DNA of 64,000 nucleotides from assembly GCA_963837955.1 (NCBI GenBank), contig CAWIPH010000002.1, positions 3,040,001-3,104,000 of the forward strand, read 5' to 3'. Numbering within the stretch: position 1 is the first letter of the stretch; the number at the start of each line of letters is the position of its first letter. This document shows positions 40,603 through 50,821 of this stretch, one piece after another. The position numbers and the translations under genes are program-made. Source of the DNA: an uncultured Verrucomicrobiae bacterium. GTDB lineage: Bacteria; Verrucomicrobiota; Verrucomicrobiia; Chthoniobacterales; JAFAMB01. The notes beneath the pieces are model-generated. The model searched no databases. It was not told where the DNA came from and was given only the letters and a program-made list of their open reading frames with translations.

Positions 40603-40637
40603 GGGTGAGAGGTGATTGGTGAGAAGTGAGAGGTGGC

Positions 40638-40847
40638 ATGAGTGCGGCAAAATCATTCCGCGATTTGAGAGTTTACGAACTTGCCAGGGCCTCGGCCGGT
40701 GAGATTTTCGAAGCGACTAAGAGTTTTCCCCTGGATGAGCGATATTCGCTGACCGACCAAATCCGCCGCTCATCGCGTGCAACTAAGGCGATGATTTCTG
40801 AGGCGTGGGCTCGGCGACGCTATAAAGCGGTTTTTGTCAGCTCATGA
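40638..40847 (+). pseudogene. Truncated four-helix-bundle (IVS-protein-like) gene
   Basis: SFRDLRVY..FP.DERYSLTDQIRRSS..ISEAW.RRRY, stopping at 69 aa without the later helices; inverted heptamer repeats on both sides. Confidence 0.75.
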
Positions 40848-40939
40848 AATACCATTCACCTCTCACCAATCACTTCTCACCAATCAGTTTGGTTCGCGCC
40901 CGCCGTTCCGTTTCCTTCTCCTAGATTCTGGACCCCGCC

Positions 40940-41875
40940 ATGAAGCTCGCCTTCTCGACCTGCTGGAACTCTGCTCGGCATCGGCGAGGCGACGAAATGC
41001 TGCAGGAAATCGTCGATCTAGGCTTTAACGCAGTCGAGTTGAGTCACGGGATTCGTCTCCCCTTGGTCGAAGGTATACGGCGCTTCGTTGCCAATGGCGC
41101 TGTCGAAGTCACCAGCCTGCACAACTTTTGTCCATTACCAATTGATGTCAGCCAGGCCGCACCAGATTGCTTCCAATGCACCTCACATCGCTCCAATGAG
41201 CGTGAGCGAGCTCTGCGACATACGCTCCAAACGATCGATTTGGCGGCTGCACTCGGCGTGAAACGTGTGGTCTTGCATCTCGGATCGGTACCGATGTCGA
41301 AAGCATCGAAGCGGTTACTTGATTATCTTCGGACCGGGAAGACATCAGATCGAAAGTTTGTGAATTGGAAAGAGCGAGCCGTCCGAAAACGGGTCAAGCT
41401 CGACTACTATTCACGCGTTAGGCACTGGCTGGCCGAGATTGCGGAACACGCAAAACAAGCTGGCATCCTGCTCGGCGTGGAGAACCGCATTGGGATTGAG
41501 ACTTTTCCATCGGAAAAAGAATTTAGACAATTGTTCAAGGATTTTGGGGCCGACGTGGTCGGTTACTGGCACGATTTTGGACACGCTCAGGTTCGTCAGT
41601 ATCTTACACTCTTGGACCACCAAGAATGGCTGACCGAAATGCTCCCGCGCTTAATCGGGTGTCACGTACACGATGTAATATTCCCGGATCACGATCACCA
41701 GGTTCCGTTCACCGGTGAGCTAGCAATGGAAAACTTGATTCCGCTTGTCCCCGCCTCTGTACCTTTGGTTTGGGAGCTTAGTGCGAGCGTAACGCCTGCA
41801 GAAATAGGCGTCGCTCTGCAGCGTTGGAACGCAGTATTCAAAAACGATGACGAATCTCTCGTCGATTCAGGGTGA
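40940..41875 (+). CDS. Xylose-isomerase-like TIM barrel (sugar phosphate isomerase/epimerase family)
   Basis: SLHNFCP, VVLHLG, GVENR, HDFGH, HVHD, DH and WE metal ligands. Confidence 0.85.
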   Translation: MKLAFSTCWNSARHRRGDEMLQEIVDLGFNAVELSHGIRLPLVEGIRRFVANGAVEVTSLHNFCPLPIDVSQAAPDCFQCTSHRSNERERALRHTLQTIDLAAALGVKRVVLHLGSVPMSKASKRLLDYLRTGKTSDRKFVNWKERAVRKRVKLDYYSRVRHWLAEIAEHAKQAGILLGVENRIGIETFPSEKEFRQLFKDFGADVVGYWHDFGHAQVRQYLTLLDHQEWLTEMLPRLIGCHVHDVIFPDHDHQVPFTGELAMENLIPLVPASVPLVWELSASVTPAEIGVALQRWNAVFKNDDESLVDSG

Positions 41876-42566
41876 TGCTCAGTCGCGTCCGCGACCTCTA
41901 GTTATCCTGCATTTCGCTGTCACCGCGGATGGTAAAGTAGCCACCGTCAACCACACACCTGCTCAATTTACCTCTGCTCGCGATAAGCGGCGATTGTTGG
42001 AGATCAGGGCACTCGGTGACGCCGTGCTGGTGGGTCGCGGCACGCTGGAGAAAGACAAGATGTCGATGGATTTGCCCGATCAACAATTACGAGAACGCCG
42101 CCTCAGAGAAGGCAAATCCGAGTACCCGCTCCGCGTTATTCTTTCCCAATCCGGGAATATCTCGGCATCGCTTGCGGTCTTTCAGAAGGGAAACGCCCCG
42201 ATCGTGATCTACTCGACAAAAACAATGCCGGAGTCCCAACGACGCTTGCTCAGCGAGCTTGCGACGCTCCATTTCTCAGAAAGTGACGAGCTCGATATTT
42301 TCTGGATACTGTGCCACCTGTATGAGAATTACCACGCGCGATCTTTGGTTTGCGAGGGCGGACCGACCCTCGTAAAAGCTTTGGCCAACGCCGACGTAAT
42401 TGACGAAATATATTTGACGATAGCCGCAAAGATTTTCGGCGGATCGGTTGCACCTGGCTTAACCGGGCCGCCGGGCCAATTTCTTCCGGCCAGCCGTCAG
42501 TTTCAATTGATCGATATCGATCGCGGAGACAATGAATGTTATCTCCGGTACCGACGAATCCTCTAA
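41847..42566 (+). CDS. RibD C-terminal (DHFR-like) reductase
   Basis: TADGK, DAVLVGRGT, CEGGP, IDEIYLT. Confidence 0.85.
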   Translation: MTNLSSIQGDAQSRPRPLVILHFAVTADGKVATVNHTPAQFTSARDKRRLLEIRALGDAVLVGRGTLEKDKMSMDLPDQQLRERRLREGKSEYPLRVILSQSGNISASLAVFQKGNAPIVIYSTKTMPESQRRLLSELATLHFSESDELDIFWILCHLYENYHARSLVCEGGPTLVKALANADVIDEIYLTIAAKIFGGSVAPGLTGPPGQFLPASRQFQLIDIDRGDNECYLRYRRIL

Positions 42567-42570
42567 CTGC

Positions 42571-43008
42571 ATGCATCAAATCAACTCGATCGTTATGCGC
42601 GCACCGAAAGAGCGCATCTTTGAAACCGCAGCCGATCTCGAGAAGTGGCCGACGTTTCTACCCCATTACCGATTTATTCACTATTACGAGCGAGGTGCGG
42701 AACGGAATGTGGTGAGGATGGCGGCACGCCGCGACTTCATCCCCATCTCATGGGTATCAGAAGAAATTATCGATCGAAGCAAGCTGGAAGTACGCTTTAA
42801 GCACCTGAAGGCCTGGACCAAAGGCATGGAAGTCGTCTGGACCTTCGCAGAAACCGAGGAAGGCGTCCGCGTGTCCATCATCCATGACCTTCGCTTCCGG
42901 TACCCGAACCTGGCGCCTCTGGCCGAGCCGATAATTGGCAATTTCTTTATCGGCCACATCGCCAACCAAACACTCAAGCACATGAAAGCCCATTTGGAGC
43001 GCGCATGA
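42571..43008 (+). CDS. SRPBCC/START polyketide cyclase-aromatase-like protein
   Basis: AADLEKWPTFLP, WVS, GMEVVWTF and HD. Confidence 0.8.
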   Translation: MHQINSIVMRAPKERIFETAADLEKWPTFLPHYRFIHYYERGAERNVVRMAARRDFIPISWVSEEIIDRSKLEVRFKHLKAWTKGMEVVWTFAETEEGVRVSIIHDLRFRYPNLAPLAEPIIGNFFIGHIANQTLKHMKAHLERA

Positions 43009-44234
43009 GACGGGTCGTCATTACCGGATTAGGACCCATCACAGCAATTGGCGTCGGGAAAAAAGCTTTTTGGGAAGGACTAAACAGCGGCAAATCTGGC
43101 ATTGGACCGGTTACTCGATTTGATCCCAGCCTGTTCAACGCTCGTAGTGCAGCCGAAATCAGTGACTGGGAACCTGAAAAATTCTTCCCATCTCAGCGTC
43201 TAAAACGTTTGGATCGCTACGCTCAATTCGCTGTCGGTTCGGCAAAACTTGCTCTGGAAGATAGCGGCCTTTCCTTTTCTCCGGAAAATCCCCAGTCGCG
43301 GGTTGGGGTCAGCTTTGGTACTGCTTTGGGAGGCGTTTCCAACGCGGAAAAGCAGCATGTCTCCTTCGTTCACGGTGGCCCAAAATCGGTCCATCAAACT
43401 ATTGCGCTACAGGTTTTCGGCGGCTCCGCTCATTGCAATATCGCGATTGAATTCGGGCTACGCGGCGTCGGCACTACAAACTCAAACAGTTGTGCGAGTG
43501 GCAATGTCGCAATCGGTGAAGGCTACCGGTACATTCGCGATGGCTGGGTAGATGTGGTTGTCGCTGGCGGTGCGGAAGCGCCTTTGAGCCCTCTTTCATT
43601 CGGAGCGTTCGCCTTTATTCGAACCATGAGCCGATCCGATCCAGCAGTCGCGTGCCGGCCCTTCGATCGAAATCGGGATGGATTCGTCATGGGGGAAGGT
43701 GCGGCCAGCCTGATCCTCGAGGAGTTTGAACATGCTAAAGCCCGCGGTGCTCACATTTATGGGGAAGTCGTAGGCTACAGCCTCAACAACGACGCCTTCC
43801 ACATGACCGCGCCTTTACCATCCGGTGACTCCTGTATCCGGGCTATGACAGACGCGTTGAACTCCGCGCAGATTAATCCGGAGCAAATCGATTATATCAG
43901 CGGGCATGCCAGTTCCACCCAACTCAATGACGCGAATGAATGCACCTGTGTGAAAAAGGTATTTGGGAACGGAGCAACGAAAGTTCCGGTGAGCGGCACG
44001 AAAGCCTTCTACGGTCATCCGCTTGGAGCCAGTGCGGCGATTGAAGCCATCGTCTGCCTACTGGCGATGCAAAACGATTTCCTCCCCCCTACGCTGAACT
44101 ACGAGACACCGGATCCAGCCTGCGATCTGGATGTCGTACCCAACCAACCCAGGGAAAAGCAGATTACCTATGCCTTGAGTAACGCCTTTGGATTTGGCGG
44201 TATCAACTCATGTGTGGTGTTTCGTAAGATTTGA
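43005..44234 (+). CDS. Beta-ketoacyl-ACP synthase (FabF-like)
   Basis: RRVVITGLG, SCASG catalytic Cys, GHASST, GHPLGA, NAFGFGG. Confidence 0.93.
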   Translation: MRRVVITGLGPITAIGVGKKAFWEGLNSGKSGIGPVTRFDPSLFNARSAAEISDWEPEKFFPSQRLKRLDRYAQFAVGSAKLALEDSGLSFSPENPQSRVGVSFGTALGGVSNAEKQHVSFVHGGPKSVHQTIALQVFGGSAHCNIAIEFGLRGVGTTNSNSCASGNVAIGEGYRYIRDGWVDVVVAGGAEAPLSPLSFGAFAFIRTMSRSDPAVACRPFDRNRDGFVMGEGAASLILEEFEHAKARGAHIYGEVVGYSLNNDAFHMTAPLPSGDSCIRAMTDALNSAQINPEQIDYISGHASSTQLNDANECTCVKKVFGNGATKVPVSGTKAFYGHPLGASAAIEAIVCLLAMQNDFLPPTLNYETPDPACDLDVVPNQPREKQITYALSNAFGFGGINSCVVFRKI

Positions 44235-44377
44235 TCGCAATGGCCGCCCGGCAAAGCGGGATCGCGGCAGTGACGAGATCAGATACGCCTCTCGACCGGT
44301 TTTCCGGTCGCGCGGAGTTAGAAACTTGTAGGACAGCCTTTCTCCAACTCCTGACGCCCACCCCTCAAGTGAATTAA

Positions 44378-46174
44378 CTAAAATTCGCCCTCTGCAAGCA
44401 CAGCCTCGCTCTCGCCCCCATGAATCACGGTATGGGCTAAACCTGCCGCAGCGGCTAATACGTGATCTCCAAAGAACTGCGCAGTGGCAATCTTAGCTGT
44501 GTAGAAAGCGCGATCTCCCCTTCCCTCCGCCAATCGATTTTTCGCCACCAGCGCTGCCCGGGCAAGTTGCCAACCACCGGCGACGATCCCGAAGAGTTTC
44601 AGGAAAGGCACCGCACCAGCCATTACCTGTCTTGGACGGGCAGCATAACTAGTGAGGATGTACTCCGCGGCACTTGATAGTGCATCCACACCCCGAGCCA
44701 GTTCGCTGCGGATACTCGCCAGAGATGGGTCGGAAGCTTCTGTCTCCAACTCGGCGCCAAATCGCCGCATTTCGGCCAGGAGAGCGTGAATCGCCATACC
44801 TTGGTCTCGCACGATCTTCCGCCCGATTAGGTCGTTTGCCTGAATCCCGGTTGTTCCTTCATAGATCGTCGTGATTCTAGCATCGCGCCAATGCTGAGCA
44901 GCGCCGGTCTCTTCGATATATCCCATGCCTCCATGAACCTGTATTCCCAGGGATGCAATCTCGATACCGGTTTCCGTGCTCCACCCCTTTACCACCGGAG
45001 TCAGCAGATCGACGAAAGCTCGGCTGCGCTGGCGGTACGATTCGTCGGGATGGCGGATGGCCAGATCGCGTGCACCGGCAACCACATACGCAAGGGCCCG
45101 AGTCGCCTCGGTCTGCGATTTCATAAGCAACAACATGCGGCGCACATCAGGATGTCGGATGATGGGTACTGGGTCACCCCCTCCAGATAGATCGCGCCCT
45201 TGCATACGCGTTTTGGCGTAAGCTAAGGCTTGCTGGTAGGCGCGCTCGCCAATGGCGACTCCCTCCAAACCAACGGACAAGCGGGCCACGTTCATCATGA
45301 TGAACATGTATTCCAGTCCCCGATTCTCTTCTCCTATCAGATAACCGACAGCGCCTCCCTCATCGCCATACGACATCACGCAAGTCGGACTTCCGTGTAT
45401 GCCCAACTTATGTTCAACCGAAAGACAGACTGCATCGTTTCGTTGCCCCAGACTGCCATCGGCGTTGACCAGAAATTTGGGCACGATGAACAGCGAAATC
45501 CCTTTGACTCCGGGTGGAGCATCGGGCGTGCGCGCCAGCACCAGGTGAATGATATTTTCCGACAAATCATGCTCGCCGTACGTGATAAAAATCTTCTGGC
45601 CGAAAATCCGGTAAGTACCGTCGGGCTGCCGAACGGCTCGGGTTCTCACTGCGGCAAGGTCTGAGCCGGCCTGAGGTTCAGTGAGATTCATCGTGCCGGT
45701 CCAACGACCTTCTACCATCTTAGGCAAATAATGTCGCTTCTGTTCTTCGCTACCGCGCAGCAACAAAGCCTCGATCGCTCCTTGAGTAAGCTGGAAGCAG
45801 GCAGAAAACGCCAGGTTAGCCGATTTCCACATTTCCTGCACGGCTGCACCAACCAAGCTGGGAACCGCCTGACCGCCATACTCCGGATCTAATCCTAAGC
45901 GGTTCCAACCAGTTTCGATGTAGTTCCGATAAGCCTCCCGAAACCCAGGTGCCGTGATCACGTTGCGATCCTTCCAAATCACACCCTTCTGATCTCCTAC
46001 CTGATTAAGCGGCGCTAGAACTTCACTGGCAAAATGGCTTGCTTCCTGCAGGATCGCGCTGACTACTTCCGCGTCATTATCCTGCCAACCTGGCAGGGCA
46101 ATCAACTGTTCGAGTCCCGCAAGTTCGCAGATAACGAACTGCATGTCCTTGAGTGGTGCTTCGTAAGTACTCAT
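44378..46174 (-). CDS. Acyl-CoA dehydrogenase (long type)
   Basis: GTMNLTEPQAGSDL, EHKLGIHGSPT, IYEGTTGIQA. Confidence 0.95.
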   Translation of the reverse strand: MSTYEAPLKDMQFVICELAGLEQLIALPGWQDNDAEVVSAILQEASHFASEVLAPLNQVGDQKGVIWKDRNVITAPGFREAYRNYIETGWNRLGLDPEYGGQAVPSLVGAAVQEMWKSANLAFSACFQLTQGAIEALLLRGSEEQKRHYLPKMVEGRWTGTMNLTEPQAGSDLAAVRTRAVRQPDGTYRIFGQKIFITYGEHDLSENIIHLVLARTPDAPPGVKGISLFIVPKFLVNADGSLGQRNDAVCLSVEHKLGIHGSPTCVMSYGDEGGAVGYLIGEENRGLEYMFIMMNVARLSVGLEGVAIGERAYQQALAYAKTRMQGRDLSGGGDPVPIIRHPDVRRMLLLMKSQTEATRALAYVVAGARDLAIRHPDESYRQRSRAFVDLLTPVVKGWSTETGIEIASLGIQVHGGMGYIEETGAAQHWRDARITTIYEGTTGIQANDLIGRKIVRDQGMAIHALLAEMRRFGAELETEASDPSLASIRSELARGVDALSSAAEYILTSYAARPRQVMAGAVPFLKLFGIVAGGWQLARAALVAKNRLAEGRGDRAFYTAKIATAQFFGDHVLAAAAGLAHTVIHGGESEAVLAEGEF

Positions 46175-46199
46175 AGGCTTGATTCAGGTTACGTGATTT

Positions 46200-46400
46200 G
46201 TTGGTAAAATCGTCCTGGTGCTCGTGGTCGTCCTCGTTTCTCGAAACTGCTTGTTCCTGACGCGCCCTAGGCACCGCTCAGGGTCGAAGCGTTCGACCAA
46301 AGCCAGAGACGAGTTTAACAGGGTTTAAGCTACGTTTCGATAGCTCTTTTTGCATCAAGGTCGCGTCTCGAGCACGACGACGACCAAGAGGACGAGTGGG
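46200..46400. repeat. Low-complexity inverted repeat between convergent-strand genes of the fatty acid cluster
   Basis: TCGTCCTGGTGCTCGTGGTCGTCCTCG..TCTCGA versus TCTCGAGCACGACGACGACC..GAGGACGA. Confidence 0.6.
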
Positions 46401-46444
46401 CTTTCCAGCGTTGCCGGTTTGATATTGGATCACCCGAAGGGCAG

Positions 46445-48559
46445 TCAAGACAGTCCTAGTTTCGCCTTGGCCCGTCGTAAATTTTCTGCGACCAATTCGG
46501 CGATGTCAAGAACCTGGGGCGCGCCGGGTTGACCTGCGCTTTCGCTGCTGGAGAGCATCGATTTGCAAAATGGACAACCGACAGCAACAATTTGGGCGCC
46601 GGTTTTTTCGGCTTCTCGAAAGCGGTTTTCCGCAACCCTCATCGTCCCTGGTTCTTCTTCTTTCCAGAACTGGGCCCCTCCCGCACCACAACAAAAACTA
46701 TTGTTCCGGCTTCGAGGCATCTCGGTCAATCGATTCGAATCGCCACCGGAAAGAACATTGCGAGGAGCATCGTAAATGCCGTTGTGACGTCCAAGGTAAC
46801 AGGGATCATGATAAGTGGTCTTTTCGCCGAGAATCATCTCTGGCAGCCTTCCTTCCCTAATCAATTCTTCGATCAATTGGCTATGATGCATGACGCGGTA
46901 ATTTCCGCCCAGCTGAGGGTAGTCGTTGGCTAAGGCGTTAAAGCAATGGGGACAGGTCGTTACCACCCGTTTGGCGTTACGCTCATTCAGACTCCGCCCA
47001 TCGTTAGGCCCGAGTGCGGCGTTCAGCGTCTCTACATTTTCGGTCGCCAGGTTGAAGTATAGATACTCATTCCCTGCCCGCCGAGCCGGATCGCCGGTGC
47101 ACTTCTCCTTCTTGCCGAGAATGGCGAAACTCACTTTTGCGTGGGTCAGGATCTCGGCTAAAGAACGTGCCACTTTCTGCGCAGAGGGATCATAAGCACC
47201 TGCGCATCCCACCCAGTACAGGACCTCAAAATCGGGATTATCGGCCACGGTAGGCACTTTCAATTCGCGTCCTGGCCAATCCGACCGAGCGTCCTCGGCT
47301 ACACCCCAGGGATTTCCGGAACGCTCCATGTTACGGAACGCGCCATTGAGCTCTTGGGGAAACCGGCCATTGGTCATCACCGCATCTCGTCTTAGATCCA
47401 CAATATCGGTCAATTGTTCGCAGCCAACGGGACACGCCTCCACACAAGCCCCACAAGCCGTACAGGCCCAAAGCGCGCTTTCACTGAGCGCAAATTCCAT
47501 CACCGGCCTGGGACTTGGATCACCCGCCGCAAGGCCGGCCCGGACCGCGTTGAGTTCGTATCGTTTATTGATCTCGATCGCCGACGGAGCCAGAGCCTTA
47601 CCTGTGACGTGAGCCGGGCATACGTTTGTACAGCGGTTACATTGAATACACGCGTAAGGATCGAATAACTGGGTGAAGCGAAACTGTTCCAGCTTTGCTA
47701 CCCCAAATTGTTCAAGCGTTTCATCCTCGAAATTGAGCGGATCAAGGGCTCCACTCCCCACCTTCTTACCGGCGGCATCGCGCCGCCCTAACCCCAGACG
47801 GATAGGCGCTGCAAAAATATGGATATGCTTCGAACGCACAAAGTAAGGGAGAAAAGCGAGAATCAACCCAAGCGACGTCCACCATCCGATGTGCCATCCG
47901 ATCATCCGATTCGCACCGAATCCTAAAGAGTGCGCGATCGCACTTGCTACCGGCTGCCACTGATCGACGTGACCTTCAGCGGCTAATAAGGATCCGGCTC
48001 CAAAAAGACGAAATCCAACGTGCAAAAATATAAACGTCGCGACAATCAAACTGTCCCATCGAACGCCCCCACCTTGGACGGCTGGATGAAGGAGGACCGA
48101 ATCGTTGAATCTTTCCAGTTTGGTGTCTTTCCGGATAAAACGGCGCCAAACAAAGAAGATCACCCCAACCAGAACTAAAAATCCAAAGATATCTGCGCCC
48201 AGGCGAAACAAATCTCCAACCAGCGAGTTACCCAGCCAAACCAGCCAGTTGGTCGGAAGAAAGCCTTCTGCTAGATCGACTAGGTTAACTAGCACGTAAA
48301 AGCTGAATCCGTAGAATATGAAACTGTGAAAGAATCCTACGATCGGACGATTTCGAAAGACGGTGACCTGGGTGATAGTCCGAAACAGCGCCTCCCGAAT
48401 TCGCTCCAGGACTCGATTCGTTCTCGAATAGTATTCCGGCTGCCCTCGGTGAATGACAGAAATAATCTGTCTGAAGCCAAGATAAGTATAATAGATCGAG
48501 AGCGCTGCTAACAGTACGAACAGTATCTTTTCCGGAACAGTCAGCATAGGGGGAAACAA
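46445..48559 (-). CDS. Membrane Fe-S oxidoreductase (FadF/HdrD-like)
   Basis: N-terminal TMs, two CxxCxxCxxxCP, CCG domains (YHDPCYLGR, CCGAGG). Confidence 0.9.
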   Translation of the reverse strand: MFPPMLTVPEKILFVLLAALSIYYTYLGFRQIISVIHRGQPEYYSRTNRVLERIREALFRTITQVTVFRNRPIVGFFHSFIFYGFSFYVLVNLVDLAEGFLPTNWLVWLGNSLVGDLFRLGADIFGFLVLVGVIFFVWRRFIRKDTKLERFNDSVLLHPAVQGGGVRWDSLIVATFIFLHVGFRLFGAGSLLAAEGHVDQWQPVASAIAHSLGFGANRMIGWHIGWWTSLGLILAFLPYFVRSKHIHIFAAPIRLGLGRRDAAGKKVGSGALDPLNFEDETLEQFGVAKLEQFRFTQLFDPYACIQCNRCTNVCPAHVTGKALAPSAIEINKRYELNAVRAGLAAGDPSPRPVMEFALSESALWACTACGACVEACPVGCEQLTDIVDLRRDAVMTNGRFPQELNGAFRNMERSGNPWGVAEDARSDWPGRELKVPTVADNPDFEVLYWVGCAGAYDPSAQKVARSLAEILTHAKVSFAILGKKEKCTGDPARRAGNEYLYFNLATENVETLNAALGPNDGRSLNERNAKRVVTTCPHCFNALANDYPQLGGNYRVMHHSQLIEELIREGRLPEMILGEKTTYHDPCYLGRHNGIYDAPRNVLSGGDSNRLTEMPRSRNNSFCCGAGGAQFWKEEEPGTMRVAENRFREAEKTGAQIVAVGCPFCKSMLSSSESAGQPGAPQVLDIAELVAENLRRAKAKLGLS

Positions 48560-48622
48560 ATCAAAGGAGTGTTGGAACTGGGAAGCACTCCATTACTCCA
48601 TCACTCCATCACATCATTCCTC

Positions 48623-49579
48623 TCAAAGCTGCGCCGTTAGTTGAGGGACGATCTCAAGGGCATCCCCCACTAAACCATAGTCGGCGACCTGGAAGATTGG
48701 CGCATCGGGATCTTTATTTATCGCTACGATCACCTTGGAATCTCGCATTCCCGCCAGATGCTGAATGGCTCCTGAAATCCCAATCGCGATATATAGGTCC
48801 GGCGCTACAATCTTACCGGTTTGACCGACCTGGTAGTCGTTGGGAACATAACCAGCATCCACAGCAGCGCGGGAGGCTCCAACTGCTGCGTTGAGCTTCG
48901 CTGCTAGCGCTTCGAGCAATTTGAAGTTCTCAGCCTTTTGCAGACCGCGTCCGCCGGAAACAACTACCTTGGCTGCGGTCAACTCAACCTTCTCACCGCC
49001 CGAAACCTGGCGGCCAACTAGTCGGGTGCCGCTCGTGTCTTTGACAATCTCCTTTACCGGCTCAACCGGAGCGCTCGCTTCTGTCGTTGCCGCAGCATCA
49101 AATCCGGTGGAAAGAACGGTAAGGACAACAATCGTGTCCGATGCTGACCGGACCGTCGCCAGGGCATTACCGGCATAAATCGGTCGAACAAACGTATCAA
49201 CGCCAATTACCTCGATGACGCCCGAGATTTGTTGAACATCGAGGTGCGCCGCAACCCGGGGAAGCACATTCTTTCCAAACGTGGTTGCCGGCGCCAATAC
49301 ATGCGAATACTCACCGCTTTGAACGTGCTGCAACACCTGGGCGGAAACAACCTCTGCCGTCTGAGCTCCCAGATGTGACGCATCGGCCAGGAAAACCTTG
49401 TTTACCGCCTCTATGCGAGCACTCGCATCAGCCACCCCCTGCAAATTCTCTCCCACAACCAAAACGTGGACCTCCAGGCCTCCACCCGCTTCGCTGATCT
49501 TCTTAGCAGCGGTTACGGCATGCCTGGTAGCAGGCTTCAGGGAGACATTGTCGTGTTCAGCAAGAACTAAGATCGCCAT
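48623..49579 (-). CDS. etfA: Electron transfer flavoprotein alpha subunit
   Basis: QVGQTGKIVAP, GISGAIQHLAG. Confidence 0.97.
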   Translation of the reverse strand: MAILVLAEHDNVSLKPATRHAVTAAKKISEAGGGLEVHVLVVGENLQGVADASARIEAVNKVFLADASHLGAQTAEVVSAQVLQHVQSGEYSHVLAPATTFGKNVLPRVAAHLDVQQISGVIEVIGVDTFVRPIYAGNALATVRSASDTIVVLTVLSTGFDAAATTEASAPVEPVKEIVKDTSGTRLVGRQVSGGEKVELTAAKVVVSGGRGLQKAENFKLLEALAAKLNAAVGASRAAVDAGYVPNDYQVGQTGKIVAPDLYIAIGISGAIQHLAGMRDSKVIVAINKDPDAPIFQVADYGLVGDALEIVPQLTAQL

Positions 49580-49599
49580 AACAAATCAGGGAAAGCGAG

Positions 49600-49812
49600 G
49601 AATGGAGCAGTGGAGTGTTGGAGTAATGGAGTAATGGAGTAATGGAGTAATGGAGTAATGGAGTAATGGAGTAATGGAGTGTTGGAGTAATGGAGTGTTG
49701 GAGTATTGGAGTGTTGGAGTGTTGGGATGCAGCTGTGGGCCCCAAAAGGATCTGCGCGCTGATATCTTTCTCGTTATCATTACTCCAGTACTCCATCGCT
49801 CCATTACTCCAT
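49600..49812. repeat. Octamer tandem repeat (GGAGTAAT/GGAGTGTT) with a short inverted arm
   Basis: About 15 units at 49603-49727; ATTACTCC units at 49779-49810; related units at 48586-48612 and 50579-50602. Confidence 0.9.
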
Positions 49813-49816
49813 CGTC

Positions 49817-50566
49817 TCATATGACCTTCGCTTCGTTTCGGAGTTTGGAAACGAGTTCCTCTACGCTCGCCACTCGAATGCCTGCTTTCCGGGGACGGGG
49901 CGCTTCGACTTTCAAAGTCGTGAGTCGGGGAGTTACGTCGACCTGCAGATCTGCTACTTTGAGGATATCCAATGGCCGTTTCTTCGCCTTAATGATATTC
50001 GGCAGAGTAGTGTAACGGGGCTCGTTGAGACGCAGATCGGTCGTGATCACCGCAGGCAACGGAAGTTCTAATGTTTCCAATCCCCCATCGATCTCTCGCG
50101 TCACCACAGCTTTTCCGTTTGCCACTTCTAGTTTCGAAGCAAACGTCGCTTGTGGCCAATCTAGTAAAGCAGCCAGCAGTTGACCCGTCTGATTGGCATC
50201 GTCATCGATCGCCTGTTTCCCGAGAATGACCATTTGAGGCTGCTCTTTCAGCACCAAAGTCTTGAGCAACTTGGCGACAGCCAGCGGTTGTATTTCAGTC
50301 TCGGTTTCGACCAAGATAGCGCGGTCCGCACCCATCGCTAGCGCGGTTCGGAGAGTTTCCTGACAAGCCCCTGAACCTATAGAAATCACGACCGCCTCAG
50401 TCGCAACGCCGCGTTCTTTCAGACGAATCGCCTCCTCCACCGCAATTTCGTCAAACGGGTTCATTGACATCTTGACGTTGTCGAGATCTACGCCCGAACC
50501 ATCAGGCTTAACCCGCACCTTTACCGTGAAATCAACGACTCGCTTGATCGGTACTAATACTTTCAT
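49817..50566 (-). CDS. etfB: Electron transfer flavoprotein beta subunit
   Basis: [29 protein letters not shown]. Confidence 0.97.
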   Translation of the reverse strand: MKVLVPIKRVVDFTVKVRVKPDGSGVDLDNVKMSMNPFDEIAVEEAIRLKERGVATEAVVISIGSGACQETLRTALAMGADRAILVETETEIQPLAVAKLLKTLVLKEQPQMVILGKQAIDDDANQTGQLLAALLDWPQATFASKLEVANGKAVVTREIDGGLETLELPLPAVITTDLRLNEPRYTTLPNIIKAKKRPLDILKVADLQVDVTPRLTTLKVEAPRPRKAGIRVASVEELVSKLRNEAKVI

Positions 50567-50821
50567 CGAAGGAGGAACAATGGAGTGATGAGACGGTGGA
50601 GTGTGCCACAGCCCACTTCATTTCGAAAGGACACAACTTGCCCAATCAACAGGTCGCGAACGTAGCCCAATCTCGCTAAACCCGCACTTGTTGAAACCGC
50701 CATTCGTCTTCCTTTCATTAATACTCCTCTCCTCCGGTGTGGCCTTGTCTTTTGTTGGCCGGCACCGTACTCTTCCAATCTGCTTTTGAGGGCTCGGATC
50801 CCCTGCTCCAACCATTCGGCG

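Noticed and set aside
49557..50015. ORFs with HYSITPLL repeats, or a CRISPR array
   Set aside because: They are translations of an 8-bp tandem repeat; there are no unique spacers and no cas genes.
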